From a virus (lineage: Duplodnaviria > Caudoviricetes), in the IMG/VR virus record IMGVR_UViG_3300011334_000321, positions 1 to 32,123 of that record: a DNA stretch of 32,123 bases; one strand, given 5' to 3'. The position numbers were made by a program, and so were the translations under genes. Of this stretch, positions 19,496 through 25,319 are shown piece after piece. Numbering within the stretch: the stretch's first letter is position 1; the number at the start of each line of letters is the position of its first letter. The notes beneath the pieces were generated by a model. The model was given only the letters and a program-made list of their open reading frames with translations. It did not search any database and was not told the origin of the DNA.

Positions 19496-19720
19496 TTAGC
19501 CATTTTTCTCCCTCTCTGCTAACATTGCGTCTGCCATGTCGTATGACAACTCTGCAATGCTTTCATTATCCCAAATTACTTTTACATCAGCTGCCATTAA
19601 CTCTTGCATCGCAAGTCCAGCAAAGTGGTCTCGTAGTGCTTCTTGTCTATTTATAAGTGAAGCATTTTGATTTTGTAGCCACATGATTTGTTGCTTAAGA
19701 TCATTTATTTCTTTATTCAT
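19496..19720 (-). CDS. Hypothetical phage protein
   Basis: ATG at 19720 (MNKEIND); LRDHFAGLAMQ...SYDMADAMLAER motif widespread in phages. Confidence 0.75.
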   Translation of the reverse strand: MNKEINDLKQQIMWLQNQNASLINRQEALRDHFAGLAMQELMAADVKVIWDNESIAELSYDMADAMLAEREKNG

Positions 19721-19883
19721 TTCTCTCTCCATCAAATGTCTTAATGGTTCTAAACTGACCACATTTATTTCCTGGGCTTTCCTTGAACATATAACACCAT
19801 TGATAAGTAGACTCTGCATATGAACCTAATTTGTAATAGCAACTCTTACAATCAGCATCAGGTAACTCTCTTTCTTTACTCAT
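19713..19883 (-). CDS. Small Cys-containing hypothetical protein, MSKEREL family copy 3 (56 aa; absent from ORF track)
   Basis: MSKERELPDADCKSCYYKLG...QWCYMFKESPGNKCGQFRT; GGAG/GGGG RBS. Confidence 0.6.
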   Translation of the reverse strand: MSKERELPDADCKSCYYKLGSYAESTYQWCYMFKESPGNKCGQFRTIKTFDGERNE

Positions 19884-19898
19884 TCCCCAACTCCAATA

Positions 19899-20111
19899 TT
19901 AAAACGGGATACAATCTTTAGAATCACACCGATAAGCTTGAAATCCACCAGCCCATTCCACATTTTTGTTTGTTTTACATATGCAACACTCTGGTTTCCA
20001 TTGCTCAGGTAGGGCAAGACATTCTTTTATGTCATTAAACAAACTTACCACATCATCTTCTGTTTTCAGTTCAGTCATAAATCTTTTAAGTAGCTCTCTT
20101 TCTTTACTCAT
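19899..20111 (-). CDS. Hypothetical protein, MSKEREL family copy 2, C-terminal Cys cluster
   Basis: ATG at 20111 with GGAGG RBS; CCIC...CDSKDC. Confidence 0.7.
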   Translation of the reverse strand: MSKERELLKRFMTELKTEDDVVSLFNDIKECLALPEQWKPECCICKTNKNVEWAGGFQAYRCDSKDCIPF

Positions 20112-20248
20112 CTTATCCTCCAATACATACTGTGCATCGACTTAGTGACCCTTCGGCTATGTGGAATATACTCAAATTTATAGTTATTACATTCTCTTTT
20201 AGCTTCTAAAAACCATGCTATACGACACCACTTGTTTTTAATTTTCAT
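20108..20248 (-). CDS. Small basic hypothetical protein
   Basis: ATG at 20248, ATGA overlaps at both ends, GGAGGTGGAG RBS. Confidence 0.55.
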   Translation of the reverse strand: MKIKNKWCRIAWFLEAKRECNNYKFEYIPHSRRVTKSMHSMYWRIR

Positions 20249-20586
20249 TCTCCACCTCCAATGCCGTGTGCTTTTTCTACTCTTCTTATCCATCTGATGA
20301 CGTATCTGACTTGATGATCGTCCATATTTTCAACAATCCCTTCTTTATCAAGAGCATATATAACATCTTCTGTTAAGGGTTTGGGTGGTGCAAACTCATT
20401 GACCCCTTGTCTAAACCCTTTCCCATACCATTCAATCTTTGTTTCTGCTAAAAGAGGCTCAGGCTCTTGCTCAGTCTGCTCAGGTTCGGCAAGACACTCT
20501 TTTATATCATTGAACAAACTGACCACATCTTCTTCTGTTTTCAGTTCAGTCATAAACCTTTTAAGCAACTCTCTTTCAATGCTCAT
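20245..20586 (-). CDS. Hypothetical protein, MS(K/I)EREL family copy 1
   Basis: 113 aa; ends KPLTED...RRVEKAHGIGGGE. Confidence 0.75.
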   Translation of the reverse strand: MSIERELLKRFMTELKTEEDVVSLFNDIKECLAEPEQTEQEPEPLLAETKIEWYGKGFRQGVNEFAPPKPLTEDVIYALDKEGIVENMDDHQVRYVIRWIRRVEKAHGIGGGE

Positions 20587-20776
20587 AGTAATTGCCTCGA
20601 AAATCTATAAAAAAATCACAGTCAATTTTATTAAATTCTTTTTTAGCGTCCATGTGCCACATGTAGTCTTTAGTATCAATTTCAATAGACAAATACCTAG
20701 CACAATCTTGTTTTTTGTCACAATTACTGCCAATACACCTGGCGTTGTCATTGGGTAATGGATATTTCATTTTCAT
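20576..20776 (-). CDS. Small Cys-rich hypothetical protein
   Basis: RCIGSNCDKKQDCARY...CDFF. Confidence 0.65.
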   Translation of the reverse strand: MKMKYPLPNDNARCIGSNCDKKQDCARYLSIEIDTKDYMWHMDAKKEFNKIDCDFFIDFRGNYYEH

Positions 20777-21023
20777 AACAATCCTCTAATTCAATATAAT
20801 CTCCTACAAAAGGAGCGTTTGTACCTAATGCTTTACGATAGTATTCTTGTAATGCCATTCCTTCCCAGCCATCATGCCAGCCAGTTGGTACAGGTTTAGT
20901 TTCTTGTTTTACATTAGATAACGAGCTTACCGCTGTGCCTGTAACTCTTGATATACTGGCTAAGGTGTAGCCTCTGCTATAAAGCACTTGCAATATGAGG
21001 GCGTAGTCTACATCCCTAACCAT
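20748..21023 (-). CDS. Putative HTH DNA-binding protein (Cro/XRE-like)
   Basis: GYTLASISRVTGTAVSSLSNVK fits an HTH; ATG at 21023. Confidence 0.55.
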   Translation of the reverse strand: MVRDVDYALILQVLYSRGYTLASISRVTGTAVSSLSNVKQETKPVPTGWHDGWEGMALQEYYRKALGTNAPFVGDYIELEDCYENEISITQ

Positions 21024-21477
21024 TGTTAATCCGCCCATCTAACTGTTTACGCCTTAATTCATCGCAATACAATTCCATGTCTTTACTGCGATGCATGAAT
21101 TCAACTATTGAGGCTGCCATTCCAGTTAATTTGATCGGAGGACGTTTATACATGAACGCGCAGACTTCTCTGATATAAGGAAGCCAATCCATGATTTCAG
21201 CGCGGTTGAATAGAATCGTTCCGTCAATATGGGTAGCTGCATGTTTAGGCATACAATACTTAGGGTCTTTAACGATCTTATCGAGCATCAATGCTTTAAT
21301 GCCGATTAAAGCCATTATTTCTTTCTTGGTGATGCTTTTTTGAGGTACTGGAGGGATTACAACATTAGCTTTTAAACGATCCATTTTGCGTTTCAACATA
21401 ACACGTTCGTGTATGGCTTTTTTGTTCTTATGGTAATATTCAAGGCATCTTTTTCGTTGTTTATCTCGTTGATTCAT
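21016..21477 (-). CDS. Putative AlpA/excisionase-like DNA-binding protein
   Basis: ITKKEIMALIGI...MPK...ILFNRAEIMDWL resembles winged HTH; basic N-terminus; ATG at 21477. Confidence 0.5.
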   Translation of the reverse strand: MNQRDKQRKRCLEYYHKNKKAIHERVMLKRKMDRLKANVVIPPVPQKSITKKEIMALIGIKALMLDKIVKDPKYCMPKHAATHIDGTILFNRAEIMDWLPYIREVCAFMYKRPPIKLTGMAASIVEFMHRSKDMELYCDELRRKQLDGRINNG

Positions 21478-21724
21478 TGTATTCAAGCTCCAGGATTAGT
21501 TCACAGTAGTGTATGATTTTCTTTATATCTTCTGCGCCATTCTTGCTTCGATGGCGCGTAATGTACTTTATTATGTTACCTTCCATAAACGGTAGATTGT
21601 TAGCATGGATGTATGTAACGGGTTGAATCGGTAATAAGTAGTGCTTACCCCCAACCATCTTTTTGTCGGGCATTGGATAACTCCATAAGTTTATCGGTGG
21701 AAAAGTTAATTCCGGCCAGATCAC
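21461..21724 (-). CDS. DUF3310 (SaV-like) protein
   Basis: VGGKHY...IQP...FMEGNIIKYITRHRSKNGAEDIKKIIHY. Confidence 0.85.
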   Translation of the reverse strand: MIWPELTFPPINLWSYPMPDKKMVGGKHYLLPIQPVTYIHANNLPFMEGNIIKYITRHRSKNGAEDIKKIIHYCELILELEYNESTR

Positions 21725-21897
21725 ATCATAACTTCCTTGAAAGCTCGTGTTCTGGCTGAAGATACAGTCAAGCCTAACAAACGTCTGTATCGGCTTACCA
21801 GATAATCAAATTCATCTTCCTGCTTCTCAGTTGGACGTTTAAGCCCTCCTTTTACAACTTGTGCATACAACCAGTCTATATCTTGATCTATTTCCAT
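21721..21897 (-). CDS. Hypothetical protein
   Basis: MEIDQDIDWLY...; ATGA overlap with downstream gene; start could be 21909. Confidence 0.6.
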   Translation of the reverse strand: MEIDQDIDWLYAQVVKGGLKRPTEKQEDEFDYLVSRYRRLLGLTVSSARTRAFKEVMM

Positions 21898-21992
21898 TTC
21901 GTTACCCATAAGTTAATGATGGCCAGCGGAAGCATGACCGTTAAAATTACTAAACATATAATCAATCTAATTAAATATGTAATCCCAAACAT
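21888..21992 (-). CDS. Small membrane peptide (34 aa; absent from ORF track)
   Basis: MFGITYLIRLIICLVILTVMLPLAIINLWVTKWK fills the gap between two operon genes. Confidence 0.45.
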   Translation of the reverse strand: MFGITYLIRLIICLVILTVMLPLAIINLWVTKWK

Positions 21993-22258
21993 TCTATTGC
22001 CCAATTATCAATCTGTTCTATTGTCCAAAGACACGCATAGTTTTGGTTAAGCCTTATCATTTCTTGTGCAAATAGTTTTTGTAATTCTGATAATCTACCC
22101 CCTTTTGTTTTAAGTTCCACAAACCACGTTGTTCCATCTGACATGCAAGCAATTCTATCTGCTACGCCTCGATGCGCAGGTGAAGTGAATTTATACGTCT
22201 TTCCTCCGTTCACTTCAACTATCCATTTAAAATATTTTTCAATGTCACGTTCTAACAT
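21971..22258 (-). CDS. VRR-NUC domain nuclease
   Basis: MLERDIEKY...KFTSP..RGVADRI...FVELKTKGGRLSELQ. Confidence 0.92.
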   Translation of the reverse strand: MLERDIEKYFKWIVEVNGGKTYKFTSPAHRGVADRIACMSDGTTWFVELKTKGGRLSELQKLFAQEMIRLNQNYACLWTIEQIDNWAIECLGLHI

Positions 22259-22583
22259 AAATTAGTCTATGTAGTTGCAACTGTAATAACTTAACTTCTA
22301 TTAGCTCTTGAGGAACTAATGCCTTGATTACAGTCGTTGAAACTTTACATTTTTGAGCCATATTAATTATTAGTGCTTCAGTTGGGTTAGCTTTTTTCCA
22401 AGCTTTTTTTCTAGCTGCTATGGCTTCAAAATTAGCTTTACGGTATTCAGCTGCTTTTTTTGGGTTTGCGGCGTGATATGCTTTTTGATTTATTGCCTCT
22501 TTTTCACGGTTAGCTTTACGGTAAGCTTTACGGTAAGCTTTACGATATTCAGCTTTACTCAATGTCGATGTAGTCACGTTCAA
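22245..22583 (-). CDS. Basic helical-repeat protein (YRKA repeats)
   Basis: EYRKAYRKAYRKANREK from 12-bp tandem repeat; C-terminal VPQELIEVKLLQLQLHR; start uncertain. Confidence 0.6.
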   Translation of the reverse strand: MNVTTSTLSKAEYRKAYRKAYRKANREKEAINQKAYHAANPKKAAEYRKANFEAIAARKKAWKKANPTEALIINMAQKCKVSTTVIKALVPQELIEVKLLQLQLHRLIYVRT

Positions 22584-22767
22584 TCGCCTTGTTAGGGTTA
22601 TCAGGAAGTGCTTTAGTAGCCATGATTTCGGCTAGTACACTGTTAATCATGCCATTGGCAAGGTTTGATACCACTTTAGCTTGATTGATACTTGTTTCGC
22701 CTGCTTGTAAAGATGCTATCTCTTGATGTAAGCGTTCTCTTAGGATTGATAAATCAGGTATGTTCAT
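22555..22767 (-). CDS. Hypothetical protein, first gene of leftward operon
   Basis: 70 aa, GGAG RBS. Confidence 0.7.
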   Translation of the reverse strand: MNIPDLSILRERLHQEIASLQAGETSINQAKVVSNLANGMINSVLAEIMATKALPDNPNKAIERDYIDIE

Positions 22768-22796
22768 GTTTACTCCAGTTTCGTTTAGTGAGGTTA

Positions 22797-22848
22797 TAGC
22801 TTATCACTGTAAAAAACATTTGTACAATATATTTTTTTGTGAAATAAT
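22797..22848. promoter_or_regulatory. Back-to-back promoters sharing palindromic -35 region TTGTACAA (22820-22827)
   Basis: Rightward TTGTAC-17-AATAAT with TG extension; leftward TGTACA-17-TAAGCT with TG extension; between divergent operons. Confidence 0.6.
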
Positions 22849-22880
22849 ATATTCACTTTAAACGAAACGGGATTAAATTA

Positions 22881-24002
22881 ATGGCACACAGTAAAATAGT
22901 CGGTGGTTCTACTGCCAAAAGAGTAATTAACTGCCCAGGCTCAGTCAAGCTGTGCAATGAAGCACCTGAAAAGCCTTCCAGCTCTTATGCTGATGAAGGT
23001 ACGCTTCTCCATAACACCATTGCCGAGTATCTAGGTATTGGTACAAAGCCTGTAGTCGGGGATCAATATGAAGATGTTATACTGACGCAAGACTTAATCG
23101 ATGAAAAAATCAATGTCGCACTGGGGTTACTAGATGAAGTTGATCCAGAAAATGAAATGGTTTATGAAGTCGAAGTTGAAGTTAATTTCGGTGATTTCAT
23201 TCCTGATGTATTTGGCAGCTGCGATCTGCTTGGTCGTATACGTGATCGTGCTATTGTCTTGGATTGGAAGTTTGGCAATGGCGTTATCGTAGAAGCAAAA
23301 GAAAATGAACAGTTGCTGTTCTACGCTGCTGCTGCAATGCGTACTGAGAATGCAAAATGGGCGTTTAAAGACGTAAAAGAAGTCGAGCTAATCATTATTC
23401 AACCTCCAATGATTAAACGCTGGGTAACATCAATTGAGCGCATTAAAGCATTTGAACAGCAATTACTGAGCGCAGTCAAAGCATCACAAAGACTTAATGC
23501 ACCGCTCAGGGAAGGTTCTCACTGTAAATGGTGTGCGGCAAAGCCTACTTGTCCGTTAATGACGGGCGCAGTTGAACGCGCATTAAAAGTTAAGCTTGAT
23601 GCTATCGACATTCCAACTATTGATGCGTATCTTCAGAACGCTGAAATTTTAGAAGAATGGATAAAAGACTTGCGAGCTTTAGCATTTACTATGCTAGAAT
23701 CAGGTATTGATTTACCAAATTACAAACTGGTTGCCAAAAGGTCAACCCGTAAATGGTCAGATGAAGTTGAGGCTAAGAAAGCCTTGCTTGCAACTGGCTT
23801 AACAGAATCTGATGTGATGGAAGCATCGTTTATCTCTCCTGCTCAGGCTGAAAAGAAGCTCAAGAAGCTTAAACAACCTTTACCAGAAGGATCAACCGTT
23901 GCCATTTCATCGGGTAACACAATGGCACATGTAGACGATCCTCGTCCTGCTGTGCTGTTAATCGGGCAACAATTAAAAGTAGCCCTTACTAAAATTCAAT
24001 AA
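22881..24002 (+). CDS. Cas4-like PD-(D/E)XK exonuclease (DUF2800)
   Basis: HS...S...NCPGS; GTLLH; GSCD; LDWKFG; NEQLLFYA; HCKWCAAKPTC (Fe-S type Cys set). Confidence 0.88.
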   Translation: MAHSKIVGGSTAKRVINCPGSVKLCNEAPEKPSSSYADEGTLLHNTIAEYLGIGTKPVVGDQYEDVILTQDLIDEKINVALGLLDEVDPENEMVYEVEVEVNFGDFIPDVFGSCDLLGRIRDRAIVLDWKFGNGVIVEAKENEQLLFYAAAAMRTENAKWAFKDVKEVELIIIQPPMIKRWVTSIERIKAFEQQLLSAVKASQRLNAPLREGSHCKWCAAKPTCPLMTGAVERALKVKLDAIDIPTIDAYLQNAEILEEWIKDLRALAFTMLESGIDLPNYKLVAKRSTRKWSDEVEAKKALLATGLTESDVMEASFISPAQAEKKLKKLKQPLPEGSTVAISSGNTMAHVDDPRPAVLLIGQQLKVALTKIQ

Positions 24003-24013
24003 GGTACAATATT

Positions 24014-24646
24014 ATGTCAAACTTAGTAGCGTTTTCTGGTTCTAATCTTCCTTCTGTTACTTCACTCTCTACTGCACTTCGTTCTTTGGAAACTGAAGTC
24101 GGTGGAAACAATGGTTCTGCGATACTTAAAATGGATCGCACAGGTCATTGGGTGTTTGGTGCAGGAGAATCTGAAGTTGAATCAGACTCTACATGGGCGG
24201 TTAATCCGTTCTCTTTTGTTCACGGTTTTATCTGCTGGGGTGAAGGTGAAGTTTTAGGTGAAAAGATGGTAAGTATTACATCGCCATTGCCTGAACTTGA
24301 TGCTGCTCCTGCTGGTGGTAAACGTGGATGGGAAACTCAAGTCGGTATGAGCTTAAAATGCTTATCCGGTGAAGATAAAGGCTTGGAAGTTCGTTATTCA
24401 ACCACTTCAGTTGGCGGTAAACGTTCAGTACAGACTCTTGCGGTAGAAATTGCTTCGCAAGTAGATGCCGATCAAGATAAACCTGTTCCAGTTATCAACC
24501 TGAAGAAAGAATTTTACCAACACAAAGCGTACGGTAAGATTTACACTCCGGTGTTTGAAGTTGTTGAATGGGTAGGCTTGGATGGTGAATCTAAGGATGA
24601 AGATGGTGTGCCAGAAGAAACTGGCAGACGTAGACGTTCAGTCTAA
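24014..24646 (+). CDS. Putative single-stranded DNA-binding protein
   Basis: Between exonuclease and polymerase; aromatic beta-rich core with acidic tail; inferred mainly from synteny. Confidence 0.55.
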   Translation: MSNLVAFSGSNLPSVTSLSTALRSLETEVGGNNGSAILKMDRTGHWVFGAGESEVESDSTWAVNPFSFVHGFICWGEGEVLGEKMVSITSPLPELDAAPAGGKRGWETQVGMSLKCLSGEDKGLEVRYSTTSVGGKRSVQTLAVEIASQVDADQDKPVPVINLKKEFYQHKAYGKIYTPVFEVVEWVGLDGESKDEDGVPEETGRRRRSV

Positions 24647-24654
24647 GTAAAGAG

Positions 24655-24681
24655 AAAGCCCCTCTTTATGAGGGGTTTTTT
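24655..24681 (+). terminator. Intrinsic terminator after SSB-like gene
   Basis: AAAGCCCCTC-TTTAT-GAGGGGTTTTTT. Confidence 0.8.
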
Positions 24682-24682
24682 A

Positions 24683-24691
24683 TGGTATAAT
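24683..24691 (+). promoter_or_regulatory. Extended -10 promoter (TGgTATAAT) for leader RNA/HNH/polymerase
   Basis: Perfect TGnTATAAT just after the terminator, 5 nt before the structured leader. Confidence 0.65.
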
Positions 24692-24696
24692 TTCAT

Positions 24697-24800
24697 TACG
24701 CTTGGCGGCGTATTTTAAGGTAAGCCTTGTACTACATTCTGCTCGATACCTTTCGAGTCCGCCAACGCCTTTGGGTGAGAATGTAGCACAAGGCTTTTTT
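24697..24800 (+). ncRNA. Candidate structured leader RNA (hairpin plus three-way junction with loop-junction pseudoknot)
   Basis: Four stems and TTGGCG(G)/(C)CGCCAA complementarity read directly from sequence; ends in a U tract. Confidence 0.6.
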
Positions 24801-24815
24801 GTTTTAAGAGGCTTT

Positions 24816-25319
24816 ATGAATGAGATTTGGAAAGATATACCTAATTATGAGGGTCGATACCAAGTTAGTAATACGAGTAAAGTTAAATCTGTAAAAACTA
24901 ACTTAATTCTTAAACCTAATATAATGACGCATGGGTATACATGTGTTCATCTTTATGATGGAAATGGTAAAAAGAATAGACGGGTATTTACTATTCATAG
25001 ATTAGTAGCGTTTGCTTTTATACCTAACCCTTTATCTTTATCAGAAGTAAACCATAAAAATTTTGATAGAAGTGATAATTCTATTAATAATTTAGAATGG
25101 GTGACTAGAACAGAAAACGTGCAACATGCCATTGATGCAGGGCGAAAATTTAGACCTGAAAAGCGCATCAAAGGTATAAATTTAAAAACAGGTAAAATTT
25201 TAACTTTTGAAAGCCAAGTTCAAGCCGAAGAAATTTTATTGGGTAAGCGTACTGGCGGAATCAGCCATGCGCTATCAAATAACAGCCCTGCTTACGGGTA
25301 TGTTTGGTGGACAGTATGA
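24816..25319 (+). CDS. NUMOD4-HNH homing endonuclease
   Basis: EIWKDIPNYEGRYQVSN (NUMOD4); IHRLVAFAFIPNP...VNHKNFDRSDNSINNLEWVTRTENVQH; ATG at 24816 with GAGG RBS. Confidence 0.93.
   Translation: MNEIWKDIPNYEGRYQVSNTSKVKSVKTNLILKPNIMTHGYTCVHLYDGNGKKNRRVFTIHRLVAFAFIPNPLSLSEVNHKNFDRSDNSINNLEWVTRTENVQHAIDAGRKFRPEKRIKGINLKTGKILTFESQVQAEEILLGKRTGGISHALSNNSPAYGYVWWTV

Larger units (their letters stand above)
20001..20586 (-). repeat. Imperfect 111-bp direct repeat (20001-20111 and 20476-20586)
   Basis: Encode MSKERELLKRFMTELKTEDDVVSLFNDIKECLALPEQ and MSIERELLKRFMTELKTEEDVVSLFNDIKECLAEPEQ. Confidence 0.95.

Noticed and set aside
19423-19503. 26-aa basic ORF MANKTTNKQRKKNVFKANERSYETKN
   Set aside because: Fits the operon spacing but too short to support as a gene without homology or expression data
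19721-19819. Longer 107-aa version of the 19496 gene
   Set aside because: Overlaps the better supported 19713-19883 gene; ATG at 19720 has an RBS and operon-style overlap
24702-24815. N-terminal extension of the HNH from TTG at 24702
   Set aside because: NUMOD4 motif begins at ATG 24816 with an RBS; the upstream bases are better explained as a structured leader
24697-25319. Group I intron or IscB/TnpB-type element
   Set aside because: HNH lies between intact genes, the structured region is only ~105 nt, and the protein shows no RuvC motifs or transposon ends
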